A stretch of 64,000 nt of DNA, filler included, from Asterionella formosa (Eukaryota), in NCBI GenBank assembly GCA_002256025.1. It is 11 parts of 11 records of this genome, joined end to end, with 100 filler letters (N's around TTAATTAATTAA, not from the genome) between each part and the next. Parts side by side here need not be neighbours in the genome. Positions count along the whole stretch, not along the records: positions 35,058 to 40,788 come from NKIB01012945.1; positions 40,889 to 46,615 come from NKIB01012946.1; 9 more parts are not named here. The stretch is one strand, 5' to 3'. The notes below the pieces were generated by a model. The model did not search any database, was not told the origin of the DNA, and saw nothing but the letters and a program-made list of their open reading frames with translations. The translations under genes were made by a program, and so were the position numbers. Each line of letters begins with the position of its first letter. Within the stretch, counting starts at the first letter, position 1. Shown here piece after piece: positions 36,444 through 46,715 of this stretch.

Positions 36444-39400
36444 TCAACGTTGTTCGCTTGCTAGTTTTTGGTCCCACCCAATTGATTTCCATAACTGACG
36501 TGGAGGTATGGCAACATAAAAATTATCATTCTGTATCTGTTCCAAAACTTCTTGCGTTTTCAGAGCTTTCCTTGATTCCAGTGGTTTCAATGCAGGAACA
36601 ACAAATGCTGCCGAAAGTATGTTATGAAATTCATCAACGCTCAATTCAGTTGTATCATTGCATAAGGTGGTGTCTCCTCTTGCAAAAAACATACGTTTAT
36701 GAATTTTCAATTCAGTTTAACTTTTCGAGGAAAGAATACAGGCTAAGAGAATGGTTGTTGTGTTGGAGAAAATAACATTACCCCAAAGAAGTAGTTTTGC
36801 CGGAACTGTGTAGGAACTTGATTCATCTCCTTTCTCTCAGTTCACTTCAACCCAGTCAAACCATTCATGACCAGAGATTCCTGCATTTGAATCATTATTC
36901 CATTTCGGATGGCATCTGAAAACAGTAGTTTGGCCGAGAGAGTTACTTTCAATTTTAACATGATAATAAATCAATCCTTACAATGGAAACAGGCCCAACC
37001 CCATCTTCAAGACTTTTTATTTTTGCTATTTCTATTGCTTAATTCGCAATGCTCTTTACGTAGTTGGCCCCCTTCGGTAAATCAGGATGAACCAATTGCG
37101 ACCACAACAAGGGTGCATCCTTACTCCGTGATATATGCCCAATCTTATTAGGGACACCTGCTATAGCCCATAGACCATTTGATGATGAAGCAGAGAATTG
37201 AACTTTAATAGGAAGGGATGCATGGTGAATGTATCTTGGTAGGCGATATTCCAAATTATCAGGCGACATACTAGGCAACCACATCATTGTATCCTGAATC
37301 ATTCCCTCGAAATCAATTTCTGTCGAAATACCCTCAGTTACATTCATATGTACTACTTTACTCATCTTCTTTTGTTTGTTTTCTGTCTGTAATGTATCAC
37401 TTGCAAAAACAATTTTTCGTACCAAGGAAAACTGCCTTGTTTCACATGACCTTTTTAAAATGTCATGCATTAATCGATGTAATTGTCCATTGACACGCTT
37501 ACTGGGTCGTTTCAATTTGTCTTTCAAAAAGACTCCAAATATCCACCAAAGAAATTAAGAGGGGATCCGAGCGAATTTCCTAATCAGAGGAGGGTAATGT
37601 TTCATTCCATGAAATTTTGCCATTCGTAAGCCAATTTGAGATTTCATTTCCCGTTGGGGACCAATCATAATCTTAGTAACTGACATAAATCTCTTCACCC
37701 TTTCCTCTAAAATGTCAATACATGTTGATGTATACTGCGGTATGAATAAAGTGTCATTGATATATATACATAAACCATAACAGCAATGTGAAATCCTTTT
37801 CTAGGTGCATGTTCTCTGAACCCGCCCATCATTCCACCCATTGAAAAAATAGTTAACAGACATAATCCGGGAATTTCTTGCCCTGACATTTTTGACAAAG
37901 CTGTCATCCCAGATCTGTATGACAATTTTGGAATGTCACGATCGTTTTGCCTTTCCAAATGTCTATTAAAATGCATATCTAGCACTTTGTTCGAAGTATA
38001 GTTCCGAAAATACATTTCTGGTGCTGGTACAAGTGTTGGGTCTTGATTTTTGCCAGTGTAGATATTTTTTGTGACTGGTGCGTGTGTCCTTTTTGGTCTT
38101 AGCCCGTTACTTCTTCTTCGGTTGCTCTTGATCAAAAAAAGCAGTGTCTGTTGTTTCAGTGATAAGTTTATGATCAGAGATGTTCTCTGGAAAATTTGGT
38201 GATTTTCTTTCTTTATAAAATCATGTCCATTCTTCAGGGATAGTCCGGTAGTTGTACAATGATTCCAAAATGTACTTAAATATTCCATGTAGTAATTGAT
38301 GAAGAACCTCAAATGTAGTTGCACTAAATAATCCTTATAGGTCACCACCAAAAAATGCGACGATAGAAATCCTGTAACAGAATGGTATAATTTGAGTCGA
38401 CATAAGGACAAGTCGTCACCAGATAAGCAACTTATTATTCATTTGTTTCTCCAGATCACTGACTTCAATGTCTGGCAAAAGATATACCAATTGCCATCCA
38501 TCAACTTTTTTCCTTCCTTCTAACGTTAAGTTTAACTTTGTCAACAAAAACGGATGCTCTGAATGTTTCATTTTTTATTTTATCAATAGGTGAACCATCA
38601 CTGAAAACTGCTAGGGCAACAAATAAACACCCTGTCTTCAACACTCCATTTTCTGATGCAGGCGAATTGTTGAATGAATTTTCAAACCAAGTCGCAGAAG
38701 TTACTTCGTCATATATGCATGCGTTCTCCACAAATTGTAAGTTTCACTTGTGGGTGACATACAAAATGTTGCATGATATCGGAATCACGTAACAATCCTG
38801 CCATGAGCTGTACTGGTTCGAAATAATGGAGTGTGCGTGGGATGATCATGTTTGAATTGTTATCAATCTGTGTTTGTTTGGTCAACAGTTGACCACCAGC
38901 TAATGATGGTGGAAATGAAATATCCATGCGTATTTTCCAAGTCTGGTAGTATGGAGCTTGATACCTTCCATCAAAATATTTCATTGCTTTTGCCTTGAAC
39001 AGCCATTTCATTAGATGATCAAAGTAAACTGGTGGAAGATAATTCTCGTTGAGGAATAACATGAGTTCTAATTCGATTGGATGCACGCATGTTTAGGGAA
39101 TGTTTACTTGGAAGTTGAAATTGAGGAGGAAGGGGCATTTCCATTGCATTTTCAGGGAGAAAGCCGGTGTGATCTTGGAAATCTGAATATTGCATGGTCT
39201 CTGAATTCAATCCTTGGAGAGTTTTAAGTCTCAATTGTTCGTCTTGTTGTGACTGAATATTTTTATAAACTGAATCTTCGCTGTCGTCATGAAATGGATG
39301 ATTGTGGCCACTTGATTCAAGGAAAGGACACATAATCTCTTTTTGTTGTCTACTCTCCCTGAATGCTGCAGCAGTTACACTGCCATTAACTTCTTTCCTT

Positions 39401-39612
39401 GAATGATTCGATGCACTACCGCAATACACAGTTTCATTATGTATTCCAGGAACTCGATGTTCTTGCAGGCAATGTTGACAGTGACCATATGCATAAAAAA
39501 CACGGTTGCTACAATTTCGGTTGTGAGACTCAGATGGGGATTTGTTCTTCTGAAATGTGTAGTTACACAAATAACACCATTGCAATGTCCACAAAGACAT
39601 TGCAAATTTCAA
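36444..39612 (-). mobile_element. Degenerate Plavaka-like (CMC/EnSpm-related) transposase
   Basis: Cys/His-rich N-terminus; VTSATWF; ALAVFSDGSPIDK; RQNDRDIPKLSYRSGMTALSKMSGQEIPGL; C-terminal RCHPKW...GHEWFDWVEV. Many frameshifts. Family recognised from recalled motifs. Confidence 0.68.
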
Positions 39613-39783
39613 ATGATGACAAAGTCAGGATATGAACAGGATAGAATGAAAATGAATTATTAATAATAAATTTAGCATCACTCCGATCATGCTGTGCTGG
39701 ACAATACAGAGTCGTGAAATTATCACTCCACCATAATAGTAAAAATGGAGGTATACCGCTACATACAGTACAGGCGCCAGTAC

Positions 39784-39955
39784 TAGTAGTATAGATCAAC
39801 ATCAATGTTTTCCTAACATCTATGATATGGTTCGCATTGTAGAAGTCTCACAGTAACTATATTTTTATATAGTAGTATAGAGCAACATCAATGTTTTCCT
39901 AACATCTATGATATGGTTCGCATTGTAGAAGTCTCGCACTAACTATATTTTTATA
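39784..39955. repeat. Two-copy 86-bp tandem repeat
   Basis: TAGTAGTATAGA..AACATCAATGTTTTCCTAACATCTATGATATGGTTCGCATTGTAGAAGTCTC.. starts at 39784 and 39870. Confidence 0.9.
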
Positions 39956-39985
39956 ATGTAGCTACTAAGCATGCATTGGATTCTA

Positions 39986-40788
39986 TTAGATCCATTCAAA
40001 ATCAATGTCGTCATCAATTTTCCGTTGATTAATGCGTTCATTGCAATCAATATTCTTCTCAAGAACATTTGGTTGAAAAGGTTCAACATATTGATGCATA
40101 TCCTCTTCACTTACATTGGGAAATGAGAAGTATGAGTGTGGGTAGATGATATTTCTTCCGAAAGTAGCAATTCCACTAGGATTCCTTCCATATTCAGATC
40201 GATTCTTTTGTGAAAGTCCAGTGTAGATTTCCTTATAATAACCGAGTAAATCATCAGTCAATTTATCAGTGAAACCATTTGAAACTGAACTTTCTTCCCT
40301 CACACTTTTTTGATAAGTGGTTTCCCACCAATGTCGACAAAATCAGTAGAATGACGAATATCGTTCTCTGAGATTTCATGTGTATCTGGATTGAAACCCA
40401 AATATTTTTGTTGCAATCGGAATTTTCCTTTCAGCACCAAGACGCAAAAGGCTTCTGTACTGGCATTGATCAGCAAACCAACAAAACATGATTGCAATTC
40501 ACACTGTGCCCGAAGACTTAGTTGAAATTTGGCTTGGTCACACCAGATTTGTCTACTGTTAAAAATGGTTTTCCACGGCTTGTCCTGCCTATAAAATAAA
40601 CTGGAGCAAGAACGCACATCACGCCAGACTTGGCATCCTTGGCTTCCCCTGTCAATTTCCTTTGACTGCGCAAAACGATAAAGCGTGAACACCACCTAAT
40701 AAAGTCATCAATATCCATAGTCTGGAAGTTATATTTTGTTAAACCAGCTGGTGTGTCGTGAATTATGTTAGCATTTTGAAATTGAAAC
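39986..40788 (-). pseudogene. Transposon-associated unknown ORF ('ORF-A' copy 2), 3' part, frameshifted
   Basis: Homologous to 25195-25790 (see ORF-A copy 1). Immediately upstream of and co-oriented with the Plavaka-like transposase. Confidence 0.6.
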
Positions 40789-40888
40789 NNNNNNNNNNNN
40801 NNNNNNNNNNNNNNNNNNNNNNNNNNNNNNNNTTAATTAATTAANNNNNNNNNNNNNNNNNNNNNNNNNNNNNNNNNNNNNNNNNNNN

Positions 40889-42096
40889 GATACTTGGCGT
40901 ATTGCTATTCCTACATCATTATTGGATCCTATTATTAATTGGTATCATCAGATGTTAGCTCATGTGGGTATGACAAGATTAAATGCTACAATTGCTACAC
41001 ATTTTTATCACCCTATATTAAAAACAAGAGTGGAACATATTGTAAGAGTATGTGAAGCATGTCAACGTACAAAATTACCTGGTACTGGTTTTGGTGAACT
41101 TCCACCCAGGAATGCATTATTATTACCATGGTCAGAAGTCGCAGTAGATCTAATTGGTCCATGGAAGATAACAGTGGCTGCTCAAACGATTGAATTTCGT
41201 GCTCTAACTTGTATTGACACAGTCACCAATTTAGCAGAAATTTCACGTATCATCAATAAAACATCAGAATATATTGCAATGAAATTTGAAAATGATTGGT
41301 TAGCCAGATATCCCCGTCCAGAACGTTGTATACATGACAATGGAGGTGAATTTACTGGTGCTCCTTTCTTACACATGTTAGTATTGAATGGAATCAAAGA
41401 TGTGACTCCCACAGTAAAGAATCCACAAGCAAATGCTATCTGTGCACGTTTCCATCAATCTATCAGCAATAGTCTACGAGTTATGTTAAAGGCTCATCCT
41501 CCAATCAATGAATTTCAAGCCCAAAATATTGTGGATACATGTTTTGCAGCTGCGTCATATGCAGCTCGAGCTACTATTCATAGTATATTACGTATTTCAC
41601 CAGGAGCATGGGTTTTCCAACGTGATATGATATTAAATATTCCTTTGATTACAGATTTACAATTAATACATCAACGTCGACAGGTGATAATTGACGAACG
41701 TTTACGTCGTGCAAATTTCCGTCGTCGATCTTATGATTACAAAGTGGGTGACGAGATTTTAATATTATTGGATAATCCTACTACTTTGGATGATCGTGGA
41801 CGAGGTCCTTATACTATTATTCAAGTACATGCCAATGGTACAGTTACTTTTCAACGCACTATGCATATTACCGAACGAATTAATATTCGTCGTATCAAAC
41901 CTTTTCATAGGTAAAAGGTTTTCCCTCAAGTGTGGGAGAGTGAGCAATCCTGCACATCGATACAGATATATATAGAGTTGGGGTTATGTCAAATATATCG
42001 GAATTCAATAATGAGAGAACTCGACTAACACCCATTCTATACTTTTGATGTCAGTTCAGGAAATGAGTTATACATAAGGATTAATTAATAAGCTCA
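40889..42096 (+). mobile_element. Ty3/Gypsy LTR retrotransposon 3' end: integrase (to 41914), PPT and short 3' LTR (41941-42096)
   Basis: HHCC finger (YHQMLAH...CEACQ), VDLIGPW, HDNGGEF, NPQANAICARFH (catalytic E appears replaced by A), RGPY. GGGAGAG purine tract directly before the TGAGC...GCTCA-bounded LTR. Confidence 0.88.
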
Positions 42097-42607
42097 TATA
42101 TTCAACAAATACTACTACTTCTAGTTAGATACTTCACCAGGTACCTGGTACCTGGCATGGTACCAGTACTTGGTTCCCCGCTGGTACCTGGTACATCATA
42201 CAGTTCCGCCGGTAAATACCGAGTGCTGCAGAGACATATCATATGAAAACTGTTCTATATACCAGTGAACGTACGGTATTTACATTAGATACGGGTAAAT
42301 GTTTATACATATCCCCCTATGCGTAATTTGAATGTCTTACTCTCCGGAGAAACAGGCCATAAAACAGCAAAACAACGAAGATCATCCATACTACATACAA
42401 AAATAAATAATTTGACATGATTCATAAAATTACTACGGGGGAAAACGAAAAGTCGCTCAATAAATCGAGTTCTCATACCGGTATTGTCTCCTTGCAAGTG
42501 CAACATCAATCTCGTCAGACCCACATCCAAACGTACGAGAGTAATTATGCTTTACCTACCCTTATTGCTTCGATCTCGCTGATGCTCACACGCTTTTTGA
42601 TTACAGA

Positions 42608-43424
42608 ATGACATCCGGGGGCGCCATTGTGCGAGCTGCAGAGAAGATAGGCCTCAAGCAACTCTTTGACGATGATTCGTCAACCTACACATATCTACTT
42701 TGGGATACAGCAACCAAGGATGCAATTCTAGTAGACCCGGTGGACATTCAAGTCGACCGTGATTTGCAAGCAGTGGAGGACCTAGGCCTAACTCTCTGCT
42801 ACGGCATTAACACTCATGCTCATGCTGGTATGTATCACTGAGATGTTGGAGATTCTCCGGTTTCCCGCCAAGGTCTTGACTCATCTCATTCCCCCATTTC
42901 TATCGTTAGATCACATAACCGGAACTGGTATTCTCAAACAACGTGTTGCTGGGCTAAATTCTGTCATTGCAAAGGCTTCCGGAGCAAAAGCCGATATTCA
43001 TGTAGAGTCCGGAGATCGAATTGTTTTTGGGAATCGCTTTGTTGAAGTCAGAGCTACTCCTGGTCACACCAATGGTTGTGTGTCCTACGTCGCCGATGAT
43101 ATGTCATTTGTTTTAACCGGTGACGCTTTACTCATACAGGGATGTGGTCGGACCGACTTTCAAGGTGGATCCGCCGAATTGCTGTACAACTCCGTTCATT
43201 CTCAACTATTCAGTTTGCCGGATGACTGCATTATTTACCCAGCTCATGATTACAATGGAAGAGTTTCATCGACGGTTGGAGTTGAAAAGAGCACGAATCC
43301 ACGTTTGAGCAAGTCGCTGCCAGATTTCGTTACCATCATGGCTAATCTAAATCTAAGCTACCCAGGAAAGTTTGATGTGGCAGTTCCAGCCAATATGAGA
43401 TGCGGCTTCCCGGATATAGAGTAG
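42608..43424 (+). CDS. ETHE1: Persulfide dioxygenase (ETHE1-like, metallo-beta-lactamase fold); intron 42828-42909
   Basis: [22 protein letters not shown] rebuilt across the intron, [39 protein letters not shown]. An additional upstream exon (acceptor at 42606) is possible. Confidence 0.93.
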
Positions 43425-44028
43425 ATTTATAAGGATGCGTTCTATTCTCCAAGAGAGAAAGACGATGTGAGGAATGGATTTTTTAATTCAAAAGAAAGCT
43501 TTGCGAAGCACATTTATCTAATCGTCCGGCGATCGAACGACAGTATAGTTTTTCGTATTTCGATTATTTTATTCTCAATGGTTTTCTTTAAGTCGAGAAC
43601 GGAGCACATACTCCTGGCTCCGCCATGTCTCAGGATGACATTAGGTGTTATCGATTGCCACTCTGTGCCGAAGCAAAATCACGTCCAATAGTCGCTACGA
43701 CCGACAGCTTTGTGGGCTAGAGAAGCTGGTTTGCGCTGATCAGGTACAGGGAAGAGAAATTTCAAAGTGTCAACAATGCTGGGCTACTAAATTGCCGGTA
43801 GAGAGGCCTTGCGGCACTCTTCGCCCAGCCCTATACAGGTATGATGAGCCCACAGAAATGGCTCGCAACGCAATTCCACCGTACACACCTTGATAAAGTT
43901 TATCCATGATGAGTGTATTCATGTCAAAGTAGAAATGAAGGTTGGACGTGAATTGAGTGCAGTACTGGCGAACTTGCAGCAACTGGGAGAATAAGGGATC
44001 ACGGGCGAAGATTTCGTGTCGTGTATGT

Positions 44029-45048
44029 CTATCCCCTCCCAAAATGTCTTTCTTCAACGTCGGCATCAGTTTTTCGAATTTTCCCTCCATTTTTTACAAC
44101 AAACCAAACTGTAAGGGCCCATCGTCTATCAATCTCCGAATTTGGCGCGAAACTAGGTGATACATCGTGAACCAGCGAATCTGACCAGAAGAGAAGCAAC
44201 CTATCGCCCCTCGGAGCGAATACTTTCATCTTCCCAATTTCTGGGACATCATATGCGCGAAAGTAGCCGCCTCTTGGGTCAGTTTCTCCATGATCTGCAT
44301 CGTCGGAGTGAGAGCCAGAGGGTTGAAGGTACAGCAAGGCAGTCATCTTTCTCATGTCTCCAATTCCATCGCTCCCGCCTAAATTATCAATATGTTTGTC
44401 GTATTTGGAACCCCCGCCGAGACAAACTGCTAATTTGTTAGTCTGCTGCGTTCCTGACAAATGAAAATCCGAAGGCACTAATGCATTGATTCTTTCAGCC
44501 AAGTTCTGCGTTAACGTGACGACGTATTCCACCAAACGAGGAGTCGCTTGGTATCCCTGGGCACCTCCCTCTATCTGCGTCGAAAGGACCCCATCCTTTT
44601 GATATGAAATTACCGACTGAGTCTCATCGTCCCAACGCGTTGATTGGGAAGGCACCATGGTGGGAATTAGGGATTCGGCTTCCGCTCGAAGAGCGTCAAT
44701 GAAAGGGCCCCCAAGGAAATTATCCACGCAAAAAATGAAGTTTGGGTCCAATTCTCCTCCCTTGTATGTGGTCATGGGGGATAAGTCAATTTTTTGGATG
44801 CGTGAGGAGATGAGTGCCATTCGACCTTCTGCAGTCGAGAGATCTGATATTTCTTTTGGTGGCTTCTTCTTCTTGGAAATAGCTTTTGTTTTGGAAGCAC
44901 CGAATCCAGCGAATGCCATTGTCGAGGAGCCTTTAAAGATTTGTAAAGAGCCTTCAACCAGCAAAATACGACTTGAAACATGGTTGACTATTGCGAGAGA
45001 GAGGATGGAGAGAAGGAATGGTGGACAATAAAACCGCAAACGCGACAT
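44029..45048 (-). CDS. 2OG-Fe(II) dioxygenase, EGLN/PHD prolyl-hydroxylase-like, with N-terminal targeting peptide
   Basis: YDKHIDN (HxD), RKMTALLYL, APRGDRLLLFWSD..VHDV, RWALTVW. Hydrophobic leader followed by a Ser/Lys-rich stretch. Confidence 0.87.
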   Translation of the reverse strand: MSRLRFYCPPFLLSILSLAIVNHVSSRILLVEGSLQIFKGSSTMAFAGFGASKTKAISKKKKPPKEISDLSTAEGRMALISSRIQKIDLSPMTTYKGGELDPNFIFCVDNFLGGPFIDALRAEAESLIPTMVPSQSTRWDDETQSVISYQKDGVLSTQIEGGAQGYQATPRLVEYVVTLTQNLAERINALVPSDFHLSGTQQTNKLAVCLGGGSKYDKHIDNLGGSDGIGDMRKMTALLYLQPSGSHSDDADHGETDPRGGYFRAYDVPEIGKMKVFAPRGDRLLLFWSDSLVHDVSPSFAPNSEIDRRWALTVWFVVKNGGKIRKTDADVEERHFGRG

Positions 45049-45394
45049 GGCGAACTTTTGCTTCAATGATGATGCAGACTGTCGTTTTTATATTCTTGCT
45101 TGTTGTCATGTCATGTGGTCGTGTTTTTTGTTTTTGTTTTTGTTTTATTTTATATTATTTATGTTGAAACATTTTTCTAACAAACTGGAAGGTCCGGTAA
45201 TCAGCGAATTGCGCGCACTATAAACTAAAAATTCCACGTAGCGGTTTCAACCTACCGGTACTTCATTCGAAGTCTGACCGGCTCACCAATTCCGATATGA
45301 TGAAAAATCTAAAAATATTTTCATGTATTTATATTACATGTAACCATTATAAAGTTTCAAATGGAAAAGCGCTGCCACCTTTCACAGCAGAATC

Positions 45395-46000
45395 GCTGAC
45401 TACCAACTTCAACTTGCTGACTGCAGACTTCTTGTTGCTAGTAGCTAACTGCTGACTTGATTTGCTGAAATCATTTTGAAATATTTGCTGACTGCTGACT
45501 TCATTTGCTGACTACTGACATGAAATTGCTAACTGCTAACTTCAACTTGCTGACATTAAGCAACCTACTTCGTACATAGGAAGAGACCAACTACCGGTAC
45601 CGGTGTATGAATCGATCATGTTTACTTTCATATTTTAACAACGATGGAAACACATCTTTTCATTGTTGGGATACTAAAAGTGATGCCTTCTACATTCATA
45701 CTATCGGGAGTAACACAGAGAAAACCTGGTACTCCTTACATTAAAAACCTGTGAAATAGACATTGATGCCTCAAAAAGAACATTGCTATCTGCGTCTTCA
45801 TATTGCTACCACTATGTACTATCGAAAAAATGGTGACTTCAACTTGCTAACTACTGACTGCGGACTTCGTTTTGCAGACTGCTGACTTGATTCACTGAAA
45901 ACTTGAAAAAATCGCTGACTGCTGACTTCTTTTGCTGACTGCTGACATAAAATTGCTGACTGTTGACTTCAACTTGCTTACTGGCTGCTGATTTCAAGTT
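45395..46000. repeat. Two ~150-bp direct-repeat blocks (about 45395-45555 and 45833-46000) built of TGCTGAC(T) units
   Basis: Many TGCTGACT/ACTTCAACTTGCT variants. The two blocks align with each other. Confidence 0.8.
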
Positions 46001-46490
46001 CATTTTGACAATAAAAACCACTAACAGCTTAATGTCTATGTAAACAATTATTTAAAGAATAACGGAGTGGAGCAAAATTTAGGGATTCGACAATTTTTGG
46101 AGGTGTACCCCTGCCTTTTCTCGTATGTAAATCGATGAACAGGAAACGAGCAACCTGCACACTATGTGCGCTGATTACCGGACCTTCCTGCCTTGTGTAT
46201 ACCCCGGTATTACTTGTAAAAATCAACCCAAGTTGTATTTTTCTGAAGGCCTCAAGTATTGTTCTACTGCGGATGGTAAAATACCTTGATGGTATTTTTG
46301 CGTACTTGATCACGAGAAAATAAAGTATTGTACAACAAAGAAAAAAATCAACAACCCGGTTGCATTGACAGTTGATTTTGCACTCCCTTTTTGGTTGAAA
46401 AATCAACTCTGATTAGTCGTAGAAAGGCCGGGATGTGCGTGATGATGCTAAAATATGGTGGTACCAGGTACCAGATACCCAGTACTGGTA

Positions 46491-46580
46491 CCGTATACTT
46501 CATTGTCCTGGACCCCCCAATGTACACTGCCGTGACTGAATTTGACTGATTTTACTTAAGGGGGGCCCAGGACAATGAAG
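46491..46580. repeat. Putative transposon terminus with 21-bp inverted repeat (46498-46518 / 46560-46580)
   Basis: CTTCATTGTCCTGGACCCCCC ... GGGGGGCCCAGGACAATGAAG with one mismatch. First 27 bp identical to 34931-34957. Confidence 0.7.
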
Positions 46581-46715
46581 AGATTTCCCTTATAATGGAC
46601 CTAAGTAAATTTCTTNNNNNNNNNNNNNNNNNNNNNNNNNNNNNNNNNNNNNNNNNNNNTTAATTAATTAANNNNNNNNNNNNNNNNNNNNNNNNNNNNN
46701 NNNNNNNNNNNNNNN

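Noticed and set aside
39784..39955. Short repeats as a CRISPR-like array (also 11400-11560, 45395-46000, 51588-51710)
   Set aside because: Only two or three units or irregular spacing, no unique spacers of constant length, no cas genes, and a eukaryotic context.
18231..43424. Sulfur-metabolism cluster (arylsulfatase + ETHE1)
   Set aside because: About 23 kb apart, separated by transposons, gaps and unrelated genes. No evidence of co-regulation.
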